A DNA stretch of 64,000 nt from an uncultured Eubacteriales bacterium (GCA_900315595.1 OMZQ01000001.1:111775-175774); one strand, 5' to 3'. Counted from the first letter of the stretch, positions 9,201 to 18,576 are shown. Notes: generated from the letters alone by a model not told the origin. Numbers and translations are program-made.

Positions 9201-11861
9201 TTATTCAACGTTTTTCAGCGCTTCATCCAGCGGAATCCGCTTGATCCGGTGGAAATCGATCGCCGTAACCAGGGCGTAGCCGAGGATGACGAACAGGATC
9301 GCAAGCACGCCGCCGGACGGGCTGAGATAGAAGGAGAACCAGCCGTCCATGCGCATCATAAAGATCCGGAAAATCACCTGAATGACCGTATAGCCTGCTG
9401 CAAATCCGATCAGAGCGGAGAACAACACCATAATGGCCGTGGTCAAAATATAGAGCGAGGCGATCTCACTGGTTCGGAAGCCGAGGATCTTGACCATCGA
9501 GATTGCATGCTCGTTCTTCTCTATGATGATCTTGCTGAGCAGATAGAGCAGAATCACGGACAGCGCGAGCAGCGCATATTGGAAAATTCCCATGAAGCCG
9601 CCGATGGAATGATCGAGCTGATCGGTGATCTTCGTAATATCTCTGGCGGTCATCACACTGGCGATTTTGGATTCCGGCAGATCCGCGAGCTCCGTATTCG
9701 AAAAATAGCCGTTGAAGCTCCCGGCGTCCCGATCGAACAGTTGATTGAAGTTTTCATTCGGGAGGAAAAGCGCTACGCCGCCGTCATAGTCAAATATGCC
9801 CATGACCCGGAATTCATAGTCCTTATGCTTGTACTTTTCGGACAGACGGACCGTGTCCCCTGCCTGCAAGCCGTATTTCTGGGACATAGCCCTGGAAACG
9901 CATACCTCGCTGCCGGTCAGACTCTCGCGGATGCTCACGTAACGGCTGCCCGATTCATAGCCGTAAACCGTCACCGACTCGTCGTGCGTCCCGTTTTTCA
10001 AAAGCAGGGACGCAGCGCTGAAGCGTTCAGCCTCCGGCGAATCGACGGTGATCTCCGTTCCGTCCTCATTCTCGGTGTCCGTCAGGAGGTACTGGTACTT
10101 TGCAAACAGCATATCCGGCGCGTTTTGAGCGTAGTGATCCAGCGAATCGGGGAAGCCGAAGGCAAAGCAAAGCATGATTTCGATGAACACGACGCCGAAG
10201 GTAAGGATCAGATAGTTCGGAATATTCTGCAGAAGGATCCGGATGCGGAAGCGGCGCAGAAAGCTCCAGCGCGGAAGACGGCGGGCCTTGGCGCGCTTCG
10301 TCCGTTTCAGATCTCGGCGCAGAAAGCGCAGCGGGCTCAAACGCAGTCTGGAAACGATGACCGTAAGATTGATGCAGAACATCAGAACCAGCGGGATGAT
10401 CGTCGTTTTCACAAGAGCGGCGGGGCTCCAAACCGTCTGATACTTCGGCATGCTGTAGCTGTTGTAGTAAAGGTCCACGGCTACGTCCTTAAAGACCGTA
10501 TAGCCGAGCAGGTTTCCGAGCGCTGCGCCGAGAAGCGTGATGATAACGGGAACCGTCATGTAATGGCGGATCAGCTCGCCCTTCGTAAAGCCGGAGGCAC
10601 GGAGAGTCCCGATGACAGGCGCTTCCTGTTCGATCGTACTGTCGATCGTGACGGCAAAGATAAACGCAATGACAGCGATCAGAATATAGACCAGAATCTC
10701 CGTTCCTGCGGTGTCGCTTTCGATGTCGTCCGGGGCGAAATTGACTGCCTGGTTGAGATAAACGGGAACGTAATCCTCGATTTGAGCGTCCGCCTTTACC
10801 GTCTGCGTCAGCAGGATCTTGAGGAAGTCGTTCGCCCGGTCGGCCTTCTCGTAATCATTCGCCGGTTTCGTTTCGTAGAAATAGGCGTAGGAATAATGCG
10901 TCCGTGCGCCGAGAGCCTCGAAGTCCGCAGGCGTCACCATGCCGACGTCAAAGCCGAAGGCGTCGAACATCAGAGCGTTGTTATTCTCATGGAGCGTGAT
11001 ATAGTTGACGTAGGAGAGCAGGCCGACGATCCGGAAGGTTTTCCTGCCGACTTTCAGGCTGTCGCCAATGCGCAAGCCCACGTTGTCGGCGTGCATCCGG
11101 TCGATTGCGATTTCTCCTTCCGCTTCAGGCGCTCTGCCGGAAAGGAAGCTGGCCCGGTCAACGGGAGAATCACTGCGAAAAACCCGGATCGTTGCATCTG
11201 CGGTACCGTCTCCGCTTAGATCTTCGTCCTCGTTTTTGTAAAAATGCGCATAAACGGTGACGGGGCAGTCCTCGCATTCCTCGTTCAGACTGTATTCCTC
11301 CGCCAGCGCCTCCCACGTTTCGTCTGCAGCTTGTTCGGCCTCCTTGCGGGCGGCCAGTCTGGCATCATGCAGAGCGGTTTGATAGTCTTCTGATTCGGAA
11401 GCGGCTTTCAAGGCGTCCGCATACTGATCCTGTATCGCGGCCTCGATCTGCGCGGAGACTGCGTCCTCGTCCGTCACGCCGTAAGCCTTGCACTGCTCGC
11501 GTACTGTTTCTTCGATTGCGGCCTGAACCGACTTCTCCAGCGCATCCCGGGCGGCCGATTCCGCCGCCTCGTCAGCCTCGCGGTATGCTTCGTCCAGAAA
11601 ATGCTGCCGCAGATCGGCCCGTTTGCCGGAGGATAGATCTGCAAGCAGCTCGTTCGAAGCCTGCTTGTTCAGCTCAAAATTGCCGTCCTCCAGATTGAAT
11701 TCGACGTTTCCGTTTTTCAGCGAAGCCATCATGCTGTCGTGACCGACGTAAACGCCGGAGACCACGCCGATCATAATGACCATGAACAGAAGGATCACAA
11801 GATACTTGCCCAGATCCCGCACAAGCTCACGCGGGATCCGTTTATTCAGCGGGTTTTTCAC
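9201..11861 (-). CDS. ABC transporter permease with two FtsX/MacB-type domains
   Basis: 886 aa. GTG start 9 nt after the ATPase stop, with a GGTGAGGTGA RBS. TM1 is followed by a large extracytoplasmic domain; two FtsX-like 4-TM modules (..GTLRASGFTKGEL.., ..KILGFRTSEI..). Confidence 0.85.
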   Translation of the reverse strand: MKNPLNKRIPRELVRDLGKYLVILLFMVIMIGVVSGVYVGHDSMMASLKNGNVEFNLEDGNFELNKQASNELLADLSSGKRADLRQHFLDEAYREADEAAESAARDALEKSVQAAIEETVREQCKAYGVTDEDAVSAQIEAAIQDQYADALKAASESEDYQTALHDARLAARKEAEQAADETWEALAEEYSLNEECEDCPVTVYAHFYKNEDEDLSGDGTADATIRVFRSDSPVDRASFLSGRAPEAEGEIAIDRMHADNVGLRIGDSLKVGRKTFRIVGLLSYVNYITLHENNNALMFDAFGFDVGMVTPADFEALGARTHYSYAYFYETKPANDYEKADRANDFLKILLTQTVKADAQIEDYVPVYLNQAVNFAPDDIESDTAGTEILVYILIAVIAFIFAVTIDSTIEQEAPVIGTLRASGFTKGELIRHYMTVPVIITLLGAALGNLLGYTVFKDVAVDLYYNSYSMPKYQTVWSPAALVKTTIIPLVLMFCINLTVIVSRLRLSPLRFLRRDLKRTKRAKARRLPRWSFLRRFRIRILLQNIPNYLILTFGVVFIEIMLCFAFGFPDSLDHYAQNAPDMLFAKYQYLLTDTENEDGTEITVDSPEAERFSAASLLLKNGTHDESVTVYGYESGSRYVSIRESLTGSEVCVSRAMSQKYGLQAGDTVRLSEKYKHKDYEFRVMGIFDYDGGVALFLPNENFNQLFDRDAGSFNGYFSNTELADLPESKIASVMTARDITKITDQLDHSIGGFMGIFQYALLALSVILLYLLSKIIIEKNEHAISMVKILGFRTSEIASLYILTTAIMVLFSALIGFAAGYTVIQVIFRIFMMRMDGWFSFYLSPSGGVLAILFVILGYALVTAIDFHRIKRIPLDEALKNVE

Positions 11862-11870
11862 GCGATCACC

Positions 11871-12584
11871 TCACCATTCCAGCTCCGAGGCCGTGATCTT
11901 GTGTTCGTTCCGCTCGTCGGAACGGACCAGGCCGTCCCGGAGCTTGATCACGTGGTCCGCCATGCTGCGGATCGCCTCATTGTGCGTGACCATGATGACG
12001 GTGTTGCCGTACTTTTTGTTGCAGTTTTCGATGAGCTGCAATATCTCCTTTGAGGTTTTGTAGTCCAGCGCGCCGGTCGGCTCGTCGCAGAGCAGAAGAT
12101 CCGGGTTCTTGACGATGGCCCGCCCGATGGAGACCCGCTGCTGCTGACCGCCGGAGAGCTGATTGGGATACTTATACTGATGCTCGGTCAGTCCGAGGAC
12201 GGAAATCAGCTCGTCGAGGTTGACCGCGCTCTTGGACAGATAAGCCCCGACCTCGATATTCTCTTTCGCGTTCAGGTTGGGAATCAGGTTATAGGTCTGG
12301 AACACGTAGCCGAGATGGAGGCGACGGTAGGCCGTCAGGGACTTCTCGTCCATCTCCCGCAGGCGCTCGCCGTTGATCGTAATCGTCCCGGAATCCTGGA
12401 CGTCGATGCCGCCGATGATATTCAGCAGGGTCGATTTGCCCGAGCCGGACGGGCCGAGCAAAACGCAGAACTCCCCTTTTCGGACGGAAAAATTGACGCC
12501 GCGCAGGACCTCCTGCCGCGTCTCGCCGGAGCCGAAGCTCTTTTTCAATTCACTGATTTCAAGAAAATTCGTATCACGTTCCAT
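11871..12584 (-). CDS. ABC transporter ATP-binding protein (MacB/LolD-type)
   Basis: 237 aa. Walker A GPSGSGKST, signature LSGGQQQRV, Walker B LLLCDEPT. GGGAGGA RBS. Confidence 0.9.
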   Translation of the reverse strand: MERDTNFLEISELKKSFGSGETRQEVLRGVNFSVRKGEFCVLLGPSGSGKSTLLNIIGGIDVQDSGTITINGERLREMDEKSLTAYRRLHLGYVFQTYNLIPNLNAKENIEVGAYLSKSAVNLDELISVLGLTEHQYKYPNQLSGGQQQRVSIGRAIVKNPDLLLCDEPTGALDYKTSKEILQLIENCNKKYGNTVIMVTHNEAIRSMADHVIKLRDGLVRSDERNEHKITASELEW

Positions 12585-12600
12585 TGGGTTTCCTCCCGTT

Positions 12601-12678
12601 TTATTTCTTCCAGACGATCACGCAGGCGGCGAGCAGCACGACCGCCATTACGGTCAATATAACAATCAAATCATCCAT
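12601..12678 (-). CDS. Candidate 25-aa hydrophobic micropeptide, first cistron of the ABC operon
   Basis: Read by hand; below the ORF-track size cut-off. ATG GAT GAT ... TAA encodes MDDLIVILTVMAVVLLAACVIVWKK. GGAAAGGA RBS lies 8 nt upstream, and the stop is 16 nt before the ATPase ATG. Confidence 0.4.
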   Translation of the reverse strand: MDDLIVILTVMAVVLLAACVIVWKK

Positions 12679-12755
12679 TTCGCGGTTCCTTTCCGCTCAT
12701 AAACTTAGCTTCTGCTAACTGATCGATTAAACAAATGGCCTCCTCGGAAGCCTTG

Positions 12756-12775
12756 CAGTTAGTTTGTTCTAACTG
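12756..12775. promoter_or_regulatory. Inverted repeat CAGTTAG-N6-CTAACTG just downstream of the -10 box (candidate operator)
   Basis: Perfect 7-bp arms. A third TTCTAAC half-site at 12784-12790 overlaps the -10 hexamer. Confidence 0.35.
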
Positions 12776-12782
12776 TATTTGC

Positions 12783-12811
12783 ATTCTAACACCGCATTGC
12801 TCGTTTGTCAA
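12783..12811 (-). promoter_or_regulatory. Near-consensus sigma-70 promoter of the micropeptide/ABC operon
   Basis: On the minus strand: TTGACA (12811-12806), 17-nt spacer, TAGAAT (12788-12783). Confidence 0.5.
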
Positions 12812-12865
12812 GATGCTCTGGCAAAGAAACCGTGCATTTATCACCGAAATCTTGTTCGAAAGCAA

Positions 12866-12907
12866 GAAAAACCCGCCCCGTCCGCAAATGCGGCAACGGA
12901 GCGGGCG
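12866..12907 (-). terminator. Rho-independent terminator after the anti-sigma gene
   Basis: Minus strand reads CGCCCGCTCCGT...ACGGGGCGGG followed by TTTTT, 14 nt after the stop at 12921. Confidence 0.55.
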
Positions 12908-12920
12908 CTCGTTACAAGGA

Positions 12921-14186
12921 TCAGTGGATCGTATATACCAGCGGGGTTTCCGGCTGCCAACGATCCGTAAAGATCGGCTTCATATAGACGATGCGGTCTG
13001 TGGTGTCAAGATAATAGGTCTCGACGTGCGTCTGATCCTCGTGATACATGGAATCTAAGTTCGTATTGAGACTGCGGCCTGCCTTGTCGTAAAATGAGAT
13101 GGGCCATGCATGATCGCCAAAGATGGAATCCGTCTCCACCAGGAAGGAAACAGCAGACTGATTTCCTTCGATCTTCCGGCCTGCAAAGCTGTAACCGGGA
13201 AATGTCGTTTCACTCTCTCCTGTTTCCAGATCCAACGGGATCCATACGCTCTTGTCCCGCAGCTTTGCACCGAATACAACCAGCTTGATTGAATCTGCCT
13301 CGTAGAAATACGGGCTTTCGGCATAGTAGGTTAAAGCGGAGTCAGTATTATCTTCCCCCAGGCTGATGAGGCCGGAGCTTCCGGCAGAGAACTGCTTGCC
13401 GTCTTCCGTCTCAAAACAGAACTGTAATTGATCCAGCCAGGCGGTGTTGTCTGCGTCCTCCTCCAGATGCAGGGTGATATGCGTCGGATAAATCTCCAAC
13501 TGCTTCAGCGTGAACCTCTGACCGGAAAGCTCCACCGGTTGATCGAGCACCCGAGTTTTCGCCGGGGCGATCATTGTCGTGTCCACGCGGAGCGGGAAGT
13601 CAAAGCGGGCCAACTCCAGATCCGGATCGTCGCGATCCATAACCTGAAGGCGGAAGGTCAGGTACTCCGGGGTCTGCGCCAGAAAGACGAACGCGTGCAT
13701 GAGATCACCCTCGGACTCCTGCGACAAATTGGAAACACCGTAAAAAGAGACGTCGGGTTCCAGAATAACCGACGGGATCGTCGAGATCCTGTGCGGCTCC
13801 TCTGTCTCCAGCCGATAGAATACGTGGAGCTGCTGGTCATCCACGATCAGATATTCCACCGTGACGGTCACACCGTTTTTTGTCTGGCTCTGCCCGTCGA
13901 GCTGAACGTAGTCATTCTGCACGGCAGCTTCCAGCGAGGGGGAAAAGCGCACAGCGCGGACAAGATCGGTCAGGACCGGAATGCGGCTCAGTGCAGAGGC
14001 CACCGGCGTGGACAGATTAACAAGGGCTACGAAGACGGCAAAGACGGCGGCAAGTCCGATCAGCGGACGAATCATGTAACGTTTTCTGGCGCGTCGGCGT
14101 TCCGCCTTCCGAAGAGAAGCGTTCAGGCTGGGGGCTTCCTCCTCCAGCGCGCGGGTCAAAGCCTTGAATTCATCGTTTCGATTCAT
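12921..14186 (-). CDS. Membrane-anchored anti-sigma factor candidate (DUF4179-like extracytoplasmic domain)
   Basis: 421 aa. 4-nt ATGA overlap with the ECF sigma gene. Short charged cytoplasmic N-terminus, one TM (PLIGLAAVFAVFVALV) and a large external domain. Confidence 0.65.
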   Translation of the reverse strand: MNRNDEFKALTRALEEEAPSLNASLRKAERRRARKRYMIRPLIGLAAVFAVFVALVNLSTPVASALSRIPVLTDLVRAVRFSPSLEAAVQNDYVQLDGQSQTKNGVTVTVEYLIVDDQQLHVFYRLETEEPHRISTIPSVILEPDVSFYGVSNLSQESEGDLMHAFVFLAQTPEYLTFRLQVMDRDDPDLELARFDFPLRVDTTMIAPAKTRVLDQPVELSGQRFTLKQLEIYPTHITLHLEEDADNTAWLDQLQFCFETEDGKQFSAGSSGLISLGEDNTDSALTYYAESPYFYEADSIKLVVFGAKLRDKSVWIPLDLETGESETTFPGYSFAGRKIEGNQSAVSFLVETDSIFGDHAWPISFYDKAGRSLNTNLDSMYHEDQTHVETYYLDTTDRIVYMKPIFTDRWQPETPLVYTIH

Positions 14187-14653
14187 TGGTTTTCCTCCTC
14201 TCCAAGCTCCAGACGAAGGAGCTTCAACGCTCTTCTCTGCTGGGAAGCGACAGTTCCCTGCGGCAGATGCAGGACCTCCGCAGTTTGCGCTAAGGTCAGC
14301 TCTGAAAAGAATCGAAGCGTAATGACGTCCTTCAAATCGCGTGGAAGCTTCTGCAAGGCATCACGGAGCGGGAGACTGTCAAATTCCTCCGCCGAAGCCT
14401 CCGGCGCCTCCTCGATCGGAACCAGGCGCTTCTGCCTGCGAAGCTCGTTATAGCATTCGTTCATGACGATCCGCGTCATCCACGTGTCGAACAGGGACGG
14501 ATCACGCAGCTTTCGATGGGAGCATAATCCCTTATAAACCGCCTCATCCAGGACGTCCATCGCCTGCGAGTGACTTCCCATGAGCAGGATCGCAGTCTTG
14601 TAAAGCCTGGTTCGCAGGCCTTCCACACGCAGGGCATATTCTTCATTGGTCAA
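14183..14653 (-). CDS. ECF-type RNA polymerase sigma-70 family factor
   Basis: 156 aa. Region 2 (DVLDEAVYK...FDTWMTRIVMNECYNELRR) and region 4 HTH (LTLAQTAEVLHLPQGTVASQQRRALKLL). TTG start with an AAGGGGAG RBS. Confidence 0.85.
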   Translation of the reverse strand: MTNEEYALRVEGLRTRLYKTAILLMGSHSQAMDVLDEAVYKGLCSHRKLRDPSLFDTWMTRIVMNECYNELRRQKRLVPIEEAPEASAEEFDSLPLRDALQKLPRDLKDVITLRFFSELTLAQTAEVLHLPQGTVASQQRRALKLLRLELGEEENQ

Positions 14654-14821
14654 GCCTCATCTCCCCTTTCATCCATTAGACGCACAAGAACGGCATTTTT
14701 ATTTCGAGCAGACAAAATATTTTCGCAAAAGCAAATCGTGCCTGCCCATAGAAGATTACAGGGGACGATGGCCCGTTCGGGCTGCATCATCCCCTGCATC
14801 GTGTGTTTCGTGACGCTATCG

Positions 14822-16162
14822 TCAATACCGCTCCACCGGGAAGCGGAAGAACTCGGCCAGGGCTTCGAGGGTTTTGGCGTGGCGGCCGCGGAGGACGGCG
14901 AAGTGTGGCTCGAAGCCGGACTTGACGCTATCCTCAACAATGGCGCGGACCGGGTTGTCGGTTTTGACTACGACAGAGGTTCCCGTGAACTGTTTCGGCT
15001 TATCCAGGATCTCGCCCTCGGCCAGGAAGAAGCGAAAGCTTCCGTCCGGCTCGCGGCCGATGCGGAAGATCGTGGCCGTCGGGAAGGCCTCGCAGCCGAA
15101 GTCCATCGCCGGACCGATCTTTCGGTTCGGGTGAACGCCGACGGTCGCCCCGGTGTCCTTCCGAGCCAGCGAGCAGGCCGCCGCGCCGCAATGCCAGAAG
15201 GTCAGGGTGTTTTCGTCCTCATTCAGGGAAACCGGGTCGCCGAAGAAGGTCGGCTGACCGGAGAGCTGCATGCCGATCCACATGGACAGAGCGCCGTAGA
15301 CGTCTGCCTCGCAGGCGGCGGCAACGCCGTCGTCATTGAGCATGGAAAGAACGGTGCAGACAGGCGTGCCGTAGGCCGTGAAGAAATCCGGCCAGCAGCG
15401 GGAGGCCAGCGCGCCGATGCCCTGCTCCCGCACGTATTCCGAATAGGCGCGGTAGAGCCGTGCATGGCCGAGGCGGTTGACCTCCGGCGTGTGCGAAAAG
15501 CCGCAGGTGGCGCAGGCGGTCTTTTGCAGGGCCTCAGCGCAGTCCTCCTCGGAATAGGTCTTTGCACGTTCGATCAGCTCCCTGGCCTCGATGGCGGCAA
15601 GCTCGACGCCGAAGACGCTCATCAGCTCAGCGTCAAGAGCGCGGCCAAAGCCGAAGCCCTGGGGCGTATGACCCACGGCGGCCATCCGAAGTCCCTTCAT
15701 GGCGGTCTTGACGCGGGCGGCCTCAATTGCACACTGGAGGGTATTTACTGCAGTCGGCTCGTTCGGCGCACCGTAGACGTAGACGAAGGGCCTGTCGTCA
15801 AAGGCACGAAGTGCGTTGGCGGCAGAATAGGCTCCGGTCAGCGAGTTCAGCCGCAGACGGCCGCCGTCGATGACGGGCTCGCGCAGGGTCCAGAGGATGA
15901 TCGGGCAATCGAAGCGGCGCAGGACCTCGGACATATAGGCCGCGTTGGCAAAGGTCAGATTCTGGTAAACGATCAGATCGGGGTGCAGGGGCTCGAGATA
16001 GGCGCGGAGCTTGTCCACGGACAGAAGCATCTCCTCCGGGAAGACAAAGCCCGGCTCGAGCGTGTGCAGAAGCTCCTTCGATTGGGCAAACGCATCCTCG
16101 GCGCTGGGCATATGAAAAGTCGGCACGCCGACCGGAACGTAAACAGGCGTAAAGGGTTTCAT
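14822..16162 (-). CDS. L-fucose/L-arabinose isomerase superfamily protein (substrate unknown)
   Basis: 446 aa from ATG 16162, which follows AAAGGAGG; the ORF-track start at 16234 has no RBS. FucI-like C-terminal domain features (ACEADVYGALS, FGDP, TFWHCG). Confidence 0.75.
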   Translation of the reverse strand: MKPFTPVYVPVGVPTFHMPSAEDAFAQSKELLHTLEPGFVFPEEMLLSVDKLRAYLEPLHPDLIVYQNLTFANAAYMSEVLRRFDCPIILWTLREPVIDGGRLRLNSLTGAYSAANALRAFDDRPFVYVYGAPNEPTAVNTLQCAIEAARVKTAMKGLRMAAVGHTPQGFGFGRALDAELMSVFGVELAAIEARELIERAKTYSEEDCAEALQKTACATCGFSHTPEVNRLGHARLYRAYSEYVREQGIGALASRCWPDFFTAYGTPVCTVLSMLNDDGVAAACEADVYGALSMWIGMQLSGQPTFFGDPVSLNEDENTLTFWHCGAAACSLARKDTGATVGVHPNRKIGPAMDFGCEAFPTATIFRIGREPDGSFRFFLAEGEILDKPKQFTGTSVVVKTDNPVRAIVEDSVKSGFEPHFAVLRGRHAKTLEALAEFFRFPVERY

Positions 16163-16189
16163 ATTGATCCTCCTTTTGTTTCTTGGGTA

Positions 16190-16218
16190 ATCATAACCCG
16201 CGCAAGTCTGCTTGTCAA
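16190..16218 (-). promoter_or_regulatory. Sigma-70 promoter of the isomerase gene
   Basis: Minus strand: TTGACA (16218-16213), 17-nt spacer, TATGAT (16195-16190). Confidence 0.5.
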
Positions 16219-16271
16219 TCGTTTTTCCGCGCAATCAGGTCATGATGGAGCTCGGAGTACTGGATTTTCTA

Positions 16272-16300
16272 TTGACTTTCACTCCGGAATTGGCTAAACT
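16272..16300 (+). promoter_or_regulatory. Sigma-70 promoter of the transketolase operon
   Basis: TTGACT (16272-16277), 17-nt spacer, TAAACT (16295-16300), divergent from the isomerase promoter. Confidence 0.45.
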
Positions 16301-16317
16301 GGTTCATAGACATAACG

Positions 16318-17163
16318 ATGGAGGAAATCGAATTGGATCAAAATCTAAAACTGATTGCCCGGGATATTCGCTGTGACGTCATTCAGGCGATCGGGCACCT
16401 GGGCGTCGGTCACATCGGCGGCTGTCTTTCTGTGGTCGAGCTGCTGACCGTCCTTTACTTTGAGGCCATGCGGATCGATCCGAAGAACCCCAAGCTCGAG
16501 GGACGGGACCGCTTCATCTGCTCCAAGGGCCACGCGGGTCCCGCCGTCTATGCGGCGCTGGCGAACCGGGGCTTTTTTGACAAGTCAATGCTGCTGACCC
16601 TGAACCAGGGCGGCACGAACCTGCCCAGCCACTGCGATATGAACCGAACCCCCGGCGTGGATATGACGACCGGCTCCCTCGGACAGGGCTTTTCCTGCGC
16701 CGTCGGCGCGGCTCTGGGCTCAAAGCTGGCAAAGGACGGGGCCACTGTCTATACCCTGATCGGCGACGGCGAAAGCCAGGAAGGCCAGATCTGGGAGGCG
16801 GCGATGTTCGCTTCCGCCAAGCATCTGGATAACCTGATCGGATTCACCGACTACAACAAGCTCCAGATCGACGGAACCGTTGCCGAGGTCAACGACGTCG
16901 CTCCGCTCAACGAGAAATGGGCCGCTTTCGGCTGGAACGTATTGGAAGCTGCAGACGGCAACGACATTGCCCAGGTCTCCGACGCGGTTCGCCGGGCGAA
17001 AGCAAACCGGGGCAGCGGAAAACCGACGATGGTCATTCTGCACACGAAGAAGGGCTGCGGGATGAAATGGGCTGAGGACTTGGGTCCGGCCAACCACAAC
17101 GTCAAGGTGCCGGCGGAGGTCGCAGAGGCGGCAATCCGCGCCCTGAGAGAGGAGGCCCTGTAA
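16318..17163 (+). CDS. Transketolase, N-terminal (TPP/PP-domain) subunit
   Basis: 281 aa. GHIGGCLS, SKGHAGPAVYA and GSLGQGFS...GDGESQEGQIWEA motifs of split transketolases. Start could be ATG 16318 or TTG 16330. Confidence 0.9.
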   Translation: MEEIELDQNLKLIARDIRCDVIQAIGHLGVGHIGGCLSVVELLTVLYFEAMRIDPKNPKLEGRDRFICSKGHAGPAVYAALANRGFFDKSMLLTLNQGGTNLPSHCDMNRTPGVDMTTGSLGQGFSCAVGAALGSKLAKDGATVYTLIGDGESQEGQIWEAAMFASAKHLDNLIGFTDYNKLQIDGTVAEVNDVAPLNEKWAAFGWNVLEAADGNDIAQVSDAVRRAKANRGSGKPTMVILHTKKGCGMKWAEDLGPANHNVKVPAEVAEAAIRALREEAL

Positions 17164-18086
17164 TGCAGATGCGTGAAGGATATGCCGAAGCCTTGGGCGA
17201 GCTGATGGAACGCGATGCGCGCGTGGTCTTATTGGATGCCGACCTGGGCAAGGCCAGCGGGACCCTCGGTCTGCGCAAGCGTTTCCCCGATCGGATCTTT
17301 GACTGCGGCGTAGCGGAACAGAATATGGCCTCAATCGCAGCCGGTCTGGCCAGCTACGGCTTCAAGCCCTGGATCGAGAGCTTTACCCCCTTTGCCTCCC
17401 GGCGGATTTGCGACCAGATCGCGATCTCAATCTGCTATGCGGGAATGAACGTGAAGATCATGGGCTCCGACCCCGGCATCACCGCCGAGCTCAACGGCGG
17501 CACCCACATGAGCATGGAGGATATCGGCGTTCTGCGCTCGATTCCCGGCATCGTGATTTTCGAGCCTGTGGACGCAGTCCAGCTCCGCGCAGCCATGCCC
17601 GTGCTGGACGCATACGAGGGTCCGGTCTATCTGCGCCTTGCAAGAGGCGAACAGCCCGCGATCTTCCCGGAGGATTATCAATTCGATCTCTTCCGGGCCG
17701 ACGTTCTGCGTGAGGGTTCTGACCTGTCAATCTTCGTCAGCGGCATCCAGACCCGCGACTGTCTGGACGCGGCGGCAGAGCTGGCCGAAAGCGGGATCTC
17801 CTGCGAGGTCGTAAACGTCCACACGATCAAGCCGATCGACCGTGAGACCGTTATCGCCTCCGCCCGAAAGACCGGCTCCGTGCTGACGGTGGAAAACCAC
17901 AACGTGATCGGCGGTCTGCGCTCCGCCGTGCTGGAAGCGCTTGCGCTGGAACGAATTCCGGTCCGCGCCGTCGGCGTAGAGGACCGCTTTGGCGAGGTTG
18001 GAAAGCTCCCCTATCTGCGCGAGGCGATGGGGCTGACGAAGGAACACGTGATCGAGGCCGCGAAGGAAGCGGTACGAACGAAATAA
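17163..18086 (+). CDS. Transketolase, C-terminal (Pyr-domain) subunit
   Basis: 307 aa. TAATG overlap with the N-terminal subunit. DCGVAEQNM and GGTHMSMEDIG motifs. Confidence 0.9.
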   Translation: MQMREGYAEALGELMERDARVVLLDADLGKASGTLGLRKRFPDRIFDCGVAEQNMASIAAGLASYGFKPWIESFTPFASRRICDQIAISICYAGMNVKIMGSDPGITAELNGGTHMSMEDIGVLRSIPGIVIFEPVDAVQLRAAMPVLDAYEGPVYLRLARGEQPAIFPEDYQFDLFRADVLREGSDLSIFVSGIQTRDCLDAAAELAESGISCEVVNVHTIKPIDRETVIASARKTGSVLTVENHNVIGGLRSAVLEALALERIPVRAVGVEDRFGEVGKLPYLREAMGLTKEHVIEAAKEAVRTK

Positions 18087-18099
18087 AGGAGTATTTACA

Positions 18100-18576
18100 A
18101 TGAAGCTTGCAATCGGAAGCGATAAATCCGGCTTTGCCGTCAAGGAGGCCGTCAAGGCCTATCTGTCCGGTACCGAACACGAAGTGGACGATCTCGGCAC
18201 CGTCGATCTGGAGGCTGTCCATCCCTATTACCAGGTGGCAAGCGAGGTCGCGCCGCGCGTTCAGGACGGAACCTATGACCGGGCCATCCTGATCTGCGGC
18301 ACCGGCGCGGGGATGAGCGTCGTCGCCAATAAATTCAAGGGCGTCTATGCCGTCGCCTGCGAGAGCCTCTACGCCGCCAAGATGGCGCGCGCCATCAACA
18401 ACGCGAACGTCCTTTGTCTGGGCGGCTGGATCGTCGGACCGGAAATGGCCGTTGAGCTGGTCAAGGCCTTCCTGGCCACCGACTGGTGCCAGGATCTGGA
18501 GCCCTGGCGGGCCGATAACATGCACAAATTTGCCGCGAAGGTCCAGGAAATTGAGGACGGCGTCTATGGGGCTTGA
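18100..18576 (+). CDS. RpiB/LacA/LacB-family sugar(-phosphate) isomerase
   Basis: 158 aa with an AAGGAG RBS. ILICGTGAGMSVVANK with the catalytic Cys, plus a C-terminal extension. Confidence 0.85.
   Translation: MKLAIGSDKSGFAVKEAVKAYLSGTEHEVDDLGTVDLEAVHPYYQVASEVAPRVQDGTYDRAILICGTGAGMSVVANKFKGVYAVACESLYAAKMARAINNANVLCLGGWIVGPEMAVELVKAFLATDWCQDLEPWRADNMHKFAAKVQEIEDGVYGA

Noticed and set aside
9186-11219. 677-aa plus-strand ORF, and similar long shadows at 14570-16297, 22496-24073, 25130-26971, 34944-37031, 48306-50189, 5692-6957 (minus) and 7216-8550 (minus)
   Set aside because: Each lies opposite a gene with clear homology and RBS-supported starts. Their compositions are skewed and they span several real genes or intergenic terminators.
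12671-12865. 64-aa minus-strand ORF upstream of the ABC operon
   Set aside because: It spans the promoter, operator repeats and part of the micropeptide region. It has no RBS and an implausible sequence.
12921-14653. ECF sigma factor directly controlling the adjacent ABC exporter operon
   Set aside because: A good terminator separates them, and the ABC operon has a housekeeping-type TTGACA-17-TAGAAT promoter rather than an ECF-like one. A link cannot be excluded but is not supported.
16163-16234. ORF-track N-terminal extensions here and at 18347-18565, 26546-26635, 28952-29170, 33980-34054, 37679-38110, 38825-38923, 50175-50201, 54529-54546 and 60790-60951
   Set aside because: The extended starts lack Shine-Dalgarno sequences, overlap upstream genes or encode Arg-rich junk. 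Internal ATGs preceded by AGGAGG-like sites and matching family N-termini were used instead.
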